NCBI GenBank assembly: GCA_964291265.2
Contig: OZ219747.1
Location: 768,001 to 832,000 of the forward strand
Length of the DNA stretch: 64,000 bases
Direction of reading: 5' to 3'
From: Alphaproteobacteria bacterium
GTDB lineage: Bacteria; Pseudomonadota; Alphaproteobacteria; SP197
The notes under the pieces are model-generated. The model ran no database searches. It worked only from the letters and a program-made list of their open reading frames with translations, and was not told where the DNA came from. The position numbers were made by a program, and so were the translations under genes. Every line of letters begins with the position of its first letter. The stretch's first letter is position 1. Of the stretch, positions 51,603 to 62,468 are shown piece by piece.

Positions 51603-54296
51603 TCAGATGATGCCGGCGGTGCGGCGCAGCACGTAGTGCAGGATGCCGCCGTTGAGGTAGTAGGCGGCCTCGTTGGAGGTGTCGATGCGGCAGAGGAGTG
51701 CCGTGTCGATGGCCGGACCATCGGACCTGCGGATGGTGGCCGGCACCTCCATGCCGGGCGAGATGCCGCCTTCGAGCCCGGTGATGTCCCATGTCTCGCT
51801 GCCGTCGAGGGCGAGGCCCTCGCGGCTCTCGCCGTCGCGGAACTGCAGGGGCAGGACACCCATGCCGATGAGGTTGGAGCGGTGAATGCGCTCGAAGCTC
51901 TCGGCGATGACCGCCCTCACGCCCAGGAGGGCGGTTCCCTTGGCGGCCCAGTCGCGTGATGAACCGGTACCGTACTCGCGTCCCGCGACGATGACGAGAG
52001 GCACCCCTTCGTCGCGGTAGCGCATCGCCGCGGCGAAGATCGACATCTCGTCGCCGCTCCCCTCGTGACGCGTGACGCCGCCCTCGGATCCGGGAAGAAG
52101 CAGGTTCCTCAGGCGGATGTTGGCAAAGGTCCCGCGCATCATCACTTCGTGATTGCCGCGCCGCGAGCCATAGCTGTTGAAGTCCCGCCGGCCGACCTGG
52201 CGCTCGCTGAGCCAGGCGGCGGCAGGACTGTCGGACGCGATGCCGCCGGCGGGAGAGATGTGATCCGTCGTGATGCTGTCGCCGAGCAGGGCTAGAACCC
52301 TGGCGTTGACGATGTTGTCGGGAGTCGCGGCCGGTTGGCGCGGCATGTCGTCGAAGAAGGGCGGGCGGTGGATGTAGGTGCTTGCCGCATCCCATGCGTA
52401 AGCGCGGCCTTCGGGAACGGCGATGGCGCTCCAGGCATCATCGCCGCTGAAGACATCGGCGTACCGCGCCTTGAACATGTCGGGGGTGAGATGACGGCCG
52501 ATGGCCTCCCCGATCTCGTCGTTCGAAGGCCAGATGTCCTTCAGGTAGACCGGTCCGCCATCGTCCCCCTCGCCCAGGGGCTCGGACGTGATGTCGATCG
52601 CCATCGTGCCGGCCAGGGCGTAGGCCACCACCAGCGGCGGTGAGGCAAGATAGTTCGCCCTTGTGAGCGCGTGGACCCGGCCCTCGAAGTTCCGGTTTCC
52701 CGAGAGCACCGAAGCGACGAGGAGATCGCTCCCCTCGATCGCCTCCTCGACGGCCCGCGGCAGAGGCCCTGAATTTCCGATGCAGGTCGTACAGCCGTAG
52801 CCGACAACGTGGAAGCCCTGCTCCTCGAGGGGCTCGAGAAGTCCGGCTTCGCGGAGATAGTCGGTCACCACCAGGCTGCCCGGCGCCAGGGACGTCTTGA
52901 CCCAGGGTCGTGTCCTGAGGCCGCGTTCGAGGGCCTTCCTGGCGACCAGTCCGGCGGCGATCATCACCGAAGGGTTCGACGTGTTGGTGCAACTCGTGAT
53001 GGCGGCGATGACGACATCGCCGTCGCTCAACCGGTTGCCGTCGGCCATGGCCGCCCTCGCCGGGTTGTCGGCGTCGCGGCCGGCGTCGGCCATGACCTTG
53101 CGGAAGGCGCTGCCGGCAGCGGAAAGGACGATGCGGTCCTGCGGCCGCTTCGGACCGGCAAGGCCGGGCTCCACGTCACCGAGATCGAGTTCGATGACAT
53201 CGCTGTAGAGCGGCTCCAGGCTGTCGTCGCCGCGCCACAGCCCCTGTTCCTTCGCGTAGGCCTCGACGAGACGGACCTGCGTCTCGGGACGCCCCGAGAA
53301 GGCAAGGTAGTCGATGGTCTGTCCGTCGATCGGAAAGAGCCCCGCCGTGGCGCCGTACTCGGGCGCCATGTTGGAGACCGTGGCGCGGTCCGCCAGGGAG
53401 AGATGTCGCAGCCCGTCGCCGGTGAACTCGACAAACCTCCCCACGACACCCCGTGCCCGCAGCATCTCCGTCACCCTGAGGACGAGATCGGTCGCGGTCG
53501 TTCCTTCCCGGGGTTGTCCGCCAAGACGAAAACCGACGACCTCGGGTATCAGCATCGAGATCGGCTGGCCCAGCATCGCCGCTTCCGCCTCGATACCGCC
53601 GACGCCCCAGCCGAGGACCGCGAGGGCGTTCACCATCGTGGTGTGGCTGTCGGTTCCGACCAGGGTGTCCGGGCAGGCGACGCCGTCGCCGGTCCACACG
53701 ACCCGTGCCAGGTATTCGACATTGACCTGATGGCAGATGCCGGTCCCCGGAGGCACCACCCTCAGATTGTCGAACGCCGTCTGGGCCCAGCGCAGGAACC
53801 GATAGCGTTCCCGGTTGCGCTCCATCTCCCGTGCGACGTTGTGCCTGAAGGCGTCCGCGCTGGCGAAGCGGTCTACCTGGACGGAGTGATCGATGACGAG
53901 GTCGACGGGGGTCAGGGGATTGACGAGGTCCGCATCGCCGCCGAGAGAGCTCATGGCGTCGCGCATGGCGGCAAGGTCGACCACCGCCGGCACGCCGGTG
54001 AAGTCCTGCATGAGGACCCGCACCGGCCTGAAGGCGATCTCCCGCGAGACGGACCGTGTCTCCGCCCAGCCGGCAAGTGCGGCGATGTCGTCGGCGGTGA
54101 CGGTATCGCCGTCCTCGTGGCGCAGCAGGTTCTCCAGCAGGATCTTGAGCGAAACGGGCAACCGGCCGACGCCGCCCAGTTTCCGCTCGGCCTCTGCCAG
54201 GCTGAAGTAGTCGTATGGCGTGCCGTCGACCGTCAGGGTGCGACGGCAATCGAGATGGTTGGCGCTGGGCACGGGCAGTCGACCCCCGGACATCAT
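51603..54296 (-). CDS. acnA: Aconitate hydratase A
   Basis: RVLMQDFTGVPAVVDLAAMR, DSHTTM, ITSCTNTSNP, GCTTCIGNSG, GSSRDWAAKG; start uncertain. Confidence 0.97.
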   Translation of the reverse strand: MMSGGRLPVPSANHLDCRRTLTVDGTPYDYFSLAEAERKLGGVGRLPVSLKILLENLLRHEDGDTVTADDIAALAGWAETRSVSREIAFRPVRVLMQDFTGVPAVVDLAAMRDAMSSLGGDADLVNPLTPVDLVIDHSVQVDRFASADAFRHNVAREMERNRERYRFLRWAQTAFDNLRVVPPGTGICHQVNVEYLARVVWTGDGVACPDTLVGTDSHTTMVNALAVLGWGVGGIEAEAAMLGQPISMLIPEVVGFRLGGQPREGTTATDLVLRVTEMLRARGVVGRFVEFTGDGLRHLSLADRATVSNMAPEYGATAGLFPIDGQTIDYLAFSGRPETQVRLVEAYAKEQGLWRGDDSLEPLYSDVIELDLGDVEPGLAGPKRPQDRIVLSAAGSAFRKVMADAGRDADNPARAAMADGNRLSDGDVVIAAITSCTNTSNPSVMIAAGLVARKALERGLRTRPWVKTSLAPGSLVVTDYLREAGLLEPLEEQGFHVVGYGCTTCIGNSGPLPRAVEEAIEGSDLLVASVLSGNRNFEGRVHALTRANYLASPPLVVAYALAGTMAIDITSEPLGEGDDGGPVYLKDIWPSNDEIGEAIGRHLTPDMFKARYADVFSGDDAWSAIAVPEGRAYAWDAASTYIHRPPFFDDMPRQPAATPDNIVNARVLALLGDSITTDHISPAGGIASDSPAAAWLSERQVGRRDFNSYGSRRGNHEVMMRGTFANIRLRNLLLPGSEGGVTRHEGSGDEMSIFAAAMRYRDEGVPLVIVAGREYGTGSSRDWAAKGTALLGVRAVIAESFERIHRSNLIGMGVLPLQFRDGESREGLALDGSETWDITGLEGGISPGMEVPATIRRSDGPAIDTALLCRIDTSNEAAYYLNGGILHYVLRRTAGII

Positions 54297-54341
54297 GCTC
54301 TCAACATGCCGCGCCTTGCCCGTCAAGGCAATGTCGCGGAA

Positions 54342-55217
54342 TCAGGAGAAGGGTCGGCCGGTCAGGCGCTCACAGGCCTCGATGTAGCCATGGCGGATGC
54401 GCCCGACGATCTCATCGGGGATATCGGGCGCCGGTGGCGTTCTCCCCCACGACGCCTGTGTCTCGAGCCACGTGCGCAGGATCTGCTTGTCGAGCGAGAC
54501 CGGCGCGGCGCCGGGTTGCCAGCTGTCGGCCGGCCAGAATCGGGAACTGTCACTGGTCAGACACTCGTCGACGAGGGCGATGTCGTCGTCGATGATGCCG
54601 AACTCGAACTTGGTGTCGGCGAGTACGATGCCGCGCCTCGAGGCTTCGCCATGCGCTTCGCCGTAGAGTTCAAGGGCGAGAGAGCGCAGGCGTCCGGCGC
54701 ACTTGGCTCCCAGCCTGTCGACGACGCCGGCAAAGGTGATGGTCTCGTCGTGCGTCCCCGCCGGCGCCTTGGTCGAGGGTGTGAAGACGGGTTCGGGAAG
54801 CCTGTCGCCATGGCGCAGGCCCCGGGGCAGCTGCAGCCCGGCAATGGCGCCGTTCGCCTGGTAGTCCTTCCAGGCACTGCCGGCGAGATAACCGCGGACG
54901 ACACACTCCACGGGCAGAACCTGCGCCTCCCGCACGATCATGCTGCGCCCGTCGAGCCAGGCACGGTCCTCGCCGGAAAGTTCGAGGCAGGCGAGGTCGG
55001 TGGAGACCACGTGGTTGGCGACGATCGGCCGCAGCAGGTCGAACCAGAAGAGAGAGAGACGGGTGAGTATCCTGCCCTTGTCGGGAATGGGCGTCGGCAT
55101 CACCACGTCGAAGGCGGAAACGCGATCGCTCGCCACCATCAGCAGGCCCGTGTCGAGGCGGTAGAGGTCGCGCACCTTGCCCCGGGCGACCAGCTCGAGG
55201 TTCTTCAGTGTCACCAT
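54342..55217 (-). CDS. purC: SAICAR synthetase
   Basis: GKVRDLY, SDRVSAFDV, ECVVRGYL, ADTKFEFG, TSDSSRFW. Confidence 0.96.
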   Translation of the reverse strand: MVTLKNLELVARGKVRDLYRLDTGLLMVASDRVSAFDVVMPTPIPDKGRILTRLSLFWFDLLRPIVANHVVSTDLACLELSGEDRAWLDGRSMIVREAQVLPVECVVRGYLAGSAWKDYQANGAIAGLQLPRGLRHGDRLPEPVFTPSTKAPAGTHDETITFAGVVDRLGAKCAGRLRSLALELYGEAHGEASRRGIVLADTKFEFGIIDDDIALVDECLTSDSSRFWPADSWQPGAAPVSLDKQILRTWLETQASWGRTPPAPDIPDEIVGRIRHGYIEACERLTGRPFS

Positions 55218-55495
55218 GAACGACTGTTTCCCCTTGCCGGCGGGGTTCTGTCAACCATGGAGGTGAGGGGCCGGAGGCATTGCGGCGATGACAAGCGCGC
55301 GCAGGGCACGCCGAGGAGGATCCAACGCCGAATTCTGAGGGAGGAACAGTGCCTCCGGCCCAATACCAGATGGAGTGTGAAGCGCAGAAATTCAATTGCG
55401 TATCGCGAAACCGTGATACGCAGGAAACGCATGGCTGGAAGCCCCTTGAACCGGCCGGCATTCCCTGCAAGCCTCCGTGACGGAGGTACGACACC

Positions 55496-56215
55496 ATGGC
55501 GACCATTCTTGCGATCGAGTTCTGGCCGACCTGCCACCTCGGAACCATGGCTGCCGCCTTCGAGAGATGTGGCGCCAGGGCGGTCTGGGTGCGTCCGGAA
55601 GAAGGAGAGAGGCTGCCGCCGGAACCGGACGGCTGGGATGCTCTGGTCATGCTCGGTGGTCCACAGCATGCCGAGGACGATGCCCGCTATCCCTATCTCG
55701 GCGATGCGGCGCGTCTGGCAGCGGCGTTTCACGAAGCTTCGCGTCCGGTCCTCGGTGTCTGTCTCGGCAGCCAGATCCTCGCCCGGGCACTCGGCGCCCG
55801 GGTCAGGAGGCAGGGGTGGACGGAAGTCGGGTTCAACGAATTCGAGCCGACCGAAGCCGCCGGCAGCGATCCCCTGCTGAAAGGAATTGGACCGGTGAGG
55901 ATTCTCGAGTACCACGAGGACACCTTCGACATTCCCGAACAGGCCGCGCTGCTCATGACGGGCGGGCGTTGCCGCAACCAGGCCTTCCGCCTTGGTGCAA
56001 GCTATGGTTTCCAGTGCCACTTCGAGTGTTCGAGGGAGCTGTGGGAGGAATGGTGGCCGCAGGTGAGCGATTCTCTCCTCGAGACCCACCCCGACTTTCA
56101 CGCCAGATGGCCGGAGTACTTCGCCAGGCACGAGGCGGGAGCCCTGGCCTTCTGCGACGTCGTCTCCGGGCGCTGGCTCGATCTCGTCGAGACGTCACGC
56201 AGCCTGGCTGCCTGA
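55496..56215 (+). CDS. Type 1 glutamine amidotransferase
   Basis: LGGP, GVCLGSQ (Cys), FQCHFE (His-Glu). Confidence 0.9.
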   Translation: MATILAIEFWPTCHLGTMAAAFERCGARAVWVRPEEGERLPPEPDGWDALVMLGGPQHAEDDARYPYLGDAARLAAAFHEASRPVLGVCLGSQILARALGARVRRQGWTEVGFNEFEPTEAAGSDPLLKGIGPVRILEYHEDTFDIPEQAALLMTGGRCRNQAFRLGASYGFQCHFECSRELWEEWWPQVSDSLLETHPDFHARWPEYFARHEAGALAFCDVVSGRWLDLVETSRSLAA

Positions 56216-56218
56216 ACG

Positions 56219-56782
56219 TCAGGATCCGCTGTCGATCTCGAAGAGGCTGTTGTCGAGTTCGACACCGAATCGGGGACTGACGAGCGTGATTCGCGTGACC
56301 ACGCCCTGGGCATCGCGAACCAGCCACTGTTCGAGGGCAAGGGGATCCTCGGCGAGAATGAGCGAGAGCGAACCCGTGCCCGGTTCGTCCACCGATTCCA
56401 GTGTCACGGTCACGAAACCGCCGTCCCGCCCCACGTCGGCGACCCGCACGTTGTCGCCGAACCGGACTTGCGGCCGCAGCAGGAACCGCGCCAGCGTGCC
56501 CTCGACCGAACCTTCCGTGATCTCCCCGGTCTCGCCATCGCGAAACATGAGACGCTCTCCCCTGGCGACGATCAGGGTCGGCGGATCGTCATAGGCGAAG
56601 CGCAGGAAGTGCGGCCGCTTGAGCTGGAATGACCCGGAGAGGTGCGTCAGGTCCTGGTTCGTCTGGACGAACCGTGAATCGAGCGACGTGATCGAATCGA
56701 GATAGACCTCTATGCGGTCCAGCAGGACCCTGTTGTCGTCCGCCGCCGCCGTGAGGGTGACGAGGACCAGGACGGCGGCCAT
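56219..56782 (-). CDS. lolA: Outer-membrane lipoprotein carrier LolA
   Basis: FVQT, G.F.LKRP..LRFAY, W.VRDAQG..TRI. Confidence 0.8.
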   Translation of the reverse strand: MAAVLVLVTLTAAADDNRVLLDRIEVYLDSITSLDSRFVQTNQDLTHLSGSFQLKRPHFLRFAYDDPPTLIVARGERLMFRDGETGEITEGSVEGTLARFLLRPQVRFGDNVRVADVGRDGGFVTVTLESVDEPGTGSLSLILAEDPLALEQWLVRDAQGVVTRITLVSPRFGVELDNSLFEIDSGS

Positions 56783-56790
56783 GCGGCCGG

Positions 56791-57336
56791 TCAATCGAGT
56801 TCTCCCGAGGCGGAGATCCGCGCCGCATTGTTGGCGGCCGCCTCGATCCTGCCGACGACGTCCATGCCCTCGACGACATGGCCGAAGACGACATGCTTGC
56901 CGTCAAGCCACGGTGTCGGCACGGTGGTGATGAAGAACTGCGACGAGTTGGTGTCGGGGCCGCGATTGGCCATCGAGAGGAGGCCCGGGCCGATATGTTT
57001 CAGGGTGAAGTTCTCGTCCTCGAACATGGCGCCATAGATCGACCTGCCCCCGGTGCCGTTGCCCCTTGTGACGTCGCCTCCCTGGATCATGAAGTCGGCG
57101 ATCACCCGGTGAAACCGTGAACCCTCGTAGCCGAAACCCGCCTCGCCGGTGGCAAGCTGGCGGAAATTCTCCGCTGTCCTCGGGGTGACGTCCATTCTCA
57201 GTTCGACGACGATGCGCCCGGCCGGCTCGTCGTTGATTTCGATATCGAGGAACACCTGCGGATTGTCATCCGCCACCGCGCCGGCCGCGCCAAGGCCGGC
57301 GACCACCGTGAGGGCGGAAACGAGTCGGTGTATCAT
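56791..57336 (-). CDS. Cyclophilin-type peptidyl-prolyl isomerase (signal peptide)
   Basis: [51 protein letters not shown]. Confidence 0.95.
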   Translation of the reverse strand: MIHRLVSALTVVAGLGAAGAVADDNPQVFLDIEINDEPAGRIVVELRMDVTPRTAENFRQLATGEAGFGYEGSRFHRVIADFMIQGGDVTRGNGTGGRSIYGAMFEDENFTLKHIGPGLLSMANRGPDTNSSQFFITTVPTPWLDGKHVVFGHVVEGMDVVGRIEAAANNAARISASGELD

Positions 57337-57339
57337 GGG

Positions 57340-58248
57340 TCAGGGTCTCCCCGGAGCATTGAGGCGGTAGCGGGTCCGTTCGCACGGCGTGCCGTCTGCG
57401 GCCACCTGGCCCTGGTCGACCAGGCGGATGAGGTGGGCCAGCACGGAACGACGGGCCGCCGGAAAGAGGCGGCGGTCGGTGGAGGCGTAGAGCGCCTCGA
57501 CCACGGCCGGGATGGTGTCGATCCCGTCTTTCAGGCAGGCGATGATCTGCCTGTCGCGCATCCTGCGATGGTCGATGAGGGCGCGGACAAAGGTCGCCGG
57601 ATCGGCAATGGCGGCGCCATGGGTGGGCCTGAGGATGGCGTCACCGCGCACGAGGACGTGGTCGAGGCTGTCGAGATAGGCCGACATGTCGCCATCGGGC
57701 GGGGAGACGACGCTGGTCGACCAGCCCATGACGTGATCGCCCGAGAAGAGCGTCATCTCCTCGCCGAGGGCATAGCACATGTGGTTGGAGGCGTGACCGG
57801 GCGTGTGCACGGCCTCGATGGTCCATCCGGGCCCGGCGATCCGGTCGCCGTGGCGCAGCCGGTGATCGGGAGCAAAGTCACGATCCTCGCTTTCGTCCAC
57901 GGGAGTCGTGCCGTCATCGCCTCCGCAGGCCGGGCCATGGGCCCAGATCTCGGCGCCGGTCGCTTCCTTGAGAAGCCGTGCGGCAGGCGAATGATCGCTG
58001 TGGGTGTGCGTGATGAACTGGTGCGTGATGGTCTCGCCGCGGGTGGCGTCGAGGATGGCCTCGACGTGGCGCACCGATGCGGGTCCGGCGTCGACCACCG
58101 CGACCTCCCCCTGGCCGACGATGAAGGTGCCGGTACCGTGGTAGGTGAAGACCGAGGGATTGTCGGCGACGATGCGGCGCACCAGGGGAGAAACCCGGGT
58201 GGCGGCGCTCCGCACCACGTCGTGTTCCTGGATGAAGGGAATCGACAT
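57340..58248 (-). CDS. MBL-fold metallo-hydrolase
   Basis: THTHSDH, TPGHASNH, FSGDHV, HG. Confidence 0.92.
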   Translation of the reverse strand: MSIPFIQEHDVVRSAATRVSPLVRRIVADNPSVFTYHGTGTFIVGQGEVAVVDAGPASVRHVEAILDATRGETITHQFITHTHSDHSPAARLLKEATGAEIWAHGPACGGDDGTTPVDESEDRDFAPDHRLRHGDRIAGPGWTIEAVHTPGHASNHMCYALGEEMTLFSGDHVMGWSTSVVSPPDGDMSAYLDSLDHVLVRGDAILRPTHGAAIADPATFVRALIDHRRMRDRQIIACLKDGIDTIPAVVEALYASTDRRLFPAARRSVLAHLIRLVDQGQVAADGTPCERTRYRLNAPGRP

Positions 58249-58251
58249 CGC

Positions 58252-59115
58252 TCAGAGACCGTAGCGCTGCCAGAGGGATCGTTCTTCCGCGGCGCCCACG
58301 AGGTCATCGATGAGACCCTCGGTCGACACGATGCCGCGCGCCAGGAGGCCACCCAGGGGCTGGCGCCTGGCGATGGACCTGAACCGGACCTTGTCGCCGA
58401 ACCGCTCGCGCATGATGGAACGGCAGTCACCGATACCGTCGACGAGGCCCAGGGCCAGAGCCCGGTCCCCGGTCCAGAACTCGCCCGAGAACAGCGTTCT
58501 GGCGCTGGATTTCAGGCGGTCGCCGCGGCGCTCGCGCACGTGATTCCGGAAGGTGACGTGGAGCTCCTTCAGAAGCGCCGACAACCGCTTGACGTCCCCT
58601 TCGGATTCGGGAACGAAGGGATCGAGCATCGCCTTGCGGTCGCCGGCGGTGTGGAGACGGCGCTCGATACCATGGTTCTCGAGGAGGCCATGGAGGCCGA
58701 ACCCGGCATGGATGACGCCGATCGAGCCGATGATCGAACTGCGGTTGGCATAGATCTCGTCTGCGGCACAGGCAAGCCAGTAACCCCCGGACGCGGCGAC
58801 ATCTTCGGTGAAGGCGACGACGGGGAGCTTCTTCTCGTCGGCCAGGGCCCGGATCCTCCCCGCAATGAGCGCCGACTGCACCGGCGAGCCGCCCGGAGAG
58901 TTGATGACAAGGGCGATGGCTGTTGGCCGGCCTGACGAGAAGGCACGGTCGAGCAGGGATTCCATGCCGGCCAGGCTGAGACCGCGCCTGACGCGCGAGG
59001 GCGCCATGATCGGCCCCTCGAGCCTGAGGACATTGACCACCGGGCGCTTGCCGGACAAGCCGACAAGGGGAAGCCACGTCAGGGGTGGTTTGCTGCGCCA
59101 TGTCTGGAGGGCCAT
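58252..59115 (-). CDS. S49 family peptidase (SppA/SohB-like)
   Basis: INSPGGSP, AASGGYW, GSIGV, LFSGEFW. Confidence 0.92.
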   Translation of the reverse strand: MALQTWRSKPPLTWLPLVGLSGKRPVVNVLRLEGPIMAPSRVRRGLSLAGMESLLDRAFSSGRPTAIALVINSPGGSPVQSALIAGRIRALADEKKLPVVAFTEDVAASGGYWLACAADEIYANRSSIIGSIGVIHAGFGLHGLLENHGIERRLHTAGDRKAMLDPFVPESEGDVKRLSALLKELHVTFRNHVRERRGDRLKSSARTLFSGEFWTGDRALALGLVDGIGDCRSIMRERFGDKVRFRSIARRQPLGGLLARGIVSTEGLIDDLVGAAEERSLWQRYGL

Positions 59116-59229
59116 GGCGATCACATAGTGGCATTGCGCGCCGGCAACAAGTCCCGAGACGGCCTTGACCGGTCTGTCACCACGCCACATAACCACTCGG
59201 ACGGCGATGTCTGCGGGTGAGATACGACA

Positions 59230-62200
59230 GTGCATGTTCATCATTCCAACAGTCTCGAGGCACTCGCCGGCGATGTCGCGGCGCGCGTGCGGCAGCATCC
59301 GGCCGACCCCTTTGCTGCCGAGAGACTGGTGGTGCCTCACCCGACCATGCGCCGCTGGCTTACCCTGGAGCTGGCCCGCATCAACGGGATCGCGGCGAAC
59401 TACCGCTTCGAACTGCCGGCACAGTTTGCCTGGTCCATGATGCGTGACGTGGTTCCCGACCTCCCCTTCATGCAGCCCTTTGCGCCGGACAACCTGCGGT
59501 GGCGCCTGTTCGACATGCTGCCCGCGTTTGCCGGAAAGCCTGTCGCCGCGCCGGTCCGGCGCTACCTGGAGGACGGGGATCAGTGCAAGCGATTCGATCT
59601 CTCTGGCGAGATAGCCCGGATGTTCGACCGTTGCCTGCTGTACCGGCCGCAGTGGATCAGGGAATGGGAAGCGGGCGATTCACCGCACTGGCAGGCGCGA
59701 CTGTGGCAGGAACTGGTGGCCGTGGTCGGCAAGGGGCACTGGGTGAATGCCGTCGATCGTTTCCACGCCGCCATGGAGGACGGCGCCGTTCCCGGCCAAT
59801 GGCCCGAACGCGTGACGTTCTTCGCCGTTCCGGCCCTGTCGCCGTCCTATCTCGACCTGCTCGGCCGCATCGCTTCCAGGGTGGAGGTCCACTATTGCCT
59901 CATCAATCCCTGCAGGCAGTACTGGGGTGACATCTTCACCCGATTCGAGACGGTCGTGCTTTCCGGGGACGACGATCCCGATGACCTTCACATCACCGAG
60001 GGAAACGAGCTTCTGGCGGCCTGGGGGCGCATTGGACGCGACACCTTCGATACCCTCGTCGACATGGAGGATGCACGGGGCTTCGACCATTTCGTCGAAC
60101 CCGGAGGATGCCACCGCCTGGCGGATCTCCAGCGCGGCATTCTCGACCTCAGGCTTGCCGGGGAAGAAAGGGCAGAAGGCGTGCCGGCCGACCGGTCGCT
60201 GCAGATCCACGCCTGCCACTCGGCAACGCGCGAGGCCGAGGTTCTCCACGACTGTCTTCTCGATCTCTTCCAGGGGAACCCCGACATTCAGCCGGCGGAT
60301 GTGCACATCCTCACACCCGATCCCCTGCGCTATGAACCCGCAATCGCGTCGGTTTTCGAATCGCGCGGCGAGATTCCGCTGACGCTCTCGCGCGGAAGGT
60401 CCGTCGAGGCGGCCTCGTTGCGGGCCTTCTTCGATCTGCTGGGCCTCGTCCGCTCGCGATGCGGCGCCGAGGAGATGATGGCGCCTCTCGATGCTTCGCT
60501 GGTCCGCCGGTGTTTCGCCATCGACGTGGATGACCTGGTCGACATTCGCCGCTGGGTGCATGAGGCCGCAATCCGCTGGGGTGTCGATGGCGAGCACCGC
60601 AGGGACGAGGGCCAGGACCCGGAATCCCGCAACACGTGGCGCGAGGGCCTGCGCCGCCTTCTTCTCGGCTATGCGGCGGCGGATGTCCGCCGGACCATGC
60701 ATGGCATCGCTCCCTGTTCCCTGGAGAGCGAGGGTTCCCGTTTCGCATCGCAGAGCACCTACGAGGTCCTGGGACGGTTCGTGTCCTACTGCGAGGCCGT
60801 CTTCAGCCTGCGCTGCACCCTGGGAGCGCAACGCAGGGCCGCCGACTGGGTGGCCGCCCTCCACGACATGGTCGACCGCTTCTTCCTGCCGCCGGCCGGC
60901 CGGCTCTTCCCGGAGGAGGCGGACGAGGTCGAAGCCCTGCGCAGAACCATCAGGCAGTTCGAGGACCAGGCGACCCGGGGCAGCGCGGACCTCTCCTTCG
61001 AGGTCGTCCGCGACGTCCTTCACGGCCTTGCGAACGCGCCAGCGCCGGGCTCCACCTGGCTGGGCGACGGTGTCACCGTGAGCCGGCTGGCGGAAGGACA
61101 ACCCCTGCCATCGCGTATCGTGTGCCTTGTGGGCATGAACAGCGATGTCTTTCCCGCGACGCCACGCCCTTCCACCTTCGATCTCGTGGCCAACAGCCCC
61201 CGCCAGAGAGGTGACCGGGATATCCGCTACGAGGACCGTTTCGCTGTCATCGAGGCGCTGCTGGCGGCCAGGACCGGGTTCATCGTGACCTACAGCGGGC
61301 GCGGCATCAGGGACGATGCGCCGATTCCGCCCAGCGTCGTGGTCGATGAACTGGTCGACTACCTGGCCGAACGCTTTCCGGACGGCGCCTTCAGGACCGA
61401 GCATCCCCTGCAGCCCTTCGACTCGCGCTACTTTCGCACGGACACCGGCCTTTTCAGCTATGCGGCCTCCATGTGCGACACGGCCCGCGCCCTCACGGGC
61501 CCGTGCGGCCAGGACAGGGATCCCGGCCGTTTCGGCAAGCCGCTGGTTCTGCCGGCCGGTGAGCCCCTGACCGTGGGTCTCGCCCAGCTGGAACGCTTCT
61601 TCGCCAACCCGGCCCGTGCCTTCCTGGGCGACCGGCTGGCGATCCGCCTGGCCCGCACGGACATCGCGCTGGAGGAAGAGGACCGATTCTCCCTCGATGC
61701 CCTGGAGTCACACCAGTTGCGTGCCGACATCGCCGACATGCGCCTTGCCGGCATGCCTGCCCGGGACATCGAGGACCTGATGATCACGTCCGGCAGGCTT
61801 CCACCGGGCGAACCGGGGGTTGTCATGATCGCAGACGAGGTCGAGGAGTCGCGGCAACTGGTGGAACTCCTCGCCCCCTTCCGGGACGCACTCGGGTCCG
61901 ATCCCGTTCCCATCGACATCGCGGCCGCAGGCTGCCGCGTGATCGGCTCCGTTCCACACACGGGCCCGCAAGGCCTTGTGTGGTGGCGTCCGGGGAGACT
62001 CCGGGCCATCGACCGGATCGGCATCCACCTGCGCCAGCTTGCCCTGGGGGCTGCAGGATACCGCTCGACTGACGCGACCGCCGTCTACCGGGAGGATGGC
62101 GCGTGGACCTGCACGAAACTGGCCGCGCCGCATGAGCAGAGCCTCCAGCCATGGCTCGAGGCCTTCGGGGAAGGGCTGAAGTCCCCGCTTCCCTTCGCCC

Positions 62201-62466
62201 CGGAGACCTCCTTCAGGTGGGCCGAGTGGCGGGCCCGGAAGGGGGCGCAGAGCACGGCGCAGGAAGATGAAGAGCTGGAGGATGAGGAGCAGGAGGAGGC
62301 TGAAGAAGATGTCCGCAGGGCCGTCGACCAGGCCTGGCTGGGTGGTCATGGCGGCCCGGGCGAGGCAAGCCGGCCCGAAATCTCCCTTGCCTGGGACAGG
62401 GCTCATCCCGTGGAGCTGGGTTTTGCCGACTGGGTGCCGCTCCTCGCACCCCTGGCCGGGAAGTGA
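59230..62466 (+). CDS. recC: Exodeoxyribonuclease V gamma subunit
   Basis: HSNSLEAL, NPCRQYWGD, NELLAAWG, QIHACHS..REAEVLHD, IRWG, HPLQPFD. Confidence 0.93.
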   Translation: MHVHHSNSLEALAGDVAARVRQHPADPFAAERLVVPHPTMRRWLTLELARINGIAANYRFELPAQFAWSMMRDVVPDLPFMQPFAPDNLRWRLFDMLPAFAGKPVAAPVRRYLEDGDQCKRFDLSGEIARMFDRCLLYRPQWIREWEAGDSPHWQARLWQELVAVVGKGHWVNAVDRFHAAMEDGAVPGQWPERVTFFAVPALSPSYLDLLGRIASRVEVHYCLINPCRQYWGDIFTRFETVVLSGDDDPDDLHITEGNELLAAWGRIGRDTFDTLVDMEDARGFDHFVEPGGCHRLADLQRGILDLRLAGEERAEGVPADRSLQIHACHSATREAEVLHDCLLDLFQGNPDIQPADVHILTPDPLRYEPAIASVFESRGEIPLTLSRGRSVEAASLRAFFDLLGLVRSRCGAEEMMAPLDASLVRRCFAIDVDDLVDIRRWVHEAAIRWGVDGEHRRDEGQDPESRNTWREGLRRLLLGYAAADVRRTMHGIAPCSLESEGSRFASQSTYEVLGRFVSYCEAVFSLRCTLGAQRRAADWVAALHDMVDRFFLPPAGRLFPEEADEVEALRRTIRQFEDQATRGSADLSFEVVRDVLHGLANAPAPGSTWLGDGVTVSRLAEGQPLPSRIVCLVGMNSDVFPATPRPSTFDLVANSPRQRGDRDIRYEDRFAVIEALLAARTGFIVTYSGRGIRDDAPIPPSVVVDELVDYLAERFPDGAFRTEHPLQPFDSRYFRTDTGLFSYAASMCDTARALTGPCGQDRDPGRFGKPLVLPAGEPLTVGLAQLERFFANPARAFLGDRLAIRLARTDIALEEEDRFSLDALESHQLRADIADMRLAGMPARDIEDLMITSGRLPPGEPGVVMIADEVEESRQLVELLAPFRDALGSDPVPIDIAAAGCRVIGSVPHTGPQGLVWWRPGRLRAIDRIGIHLRQLALGAAGYRSTDATAVYREDGAWTCTKLAAPHEQSLQPWLEAFGEGLKSPLPFAPETSFRWAEWRARKGAQSTAQEDEELEDEEQEEAEEDVRRAVDQAWLGGHGGPGEASRPEISLAWDRAHPVELGFADWVPLLAPLAGK

Positions 62467-62468
62467 GC

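Noticed and set aside
52809-55880. 1023-aa plus-strand ORF
   Set aside because: Antisense to acnA and purC; no motifs
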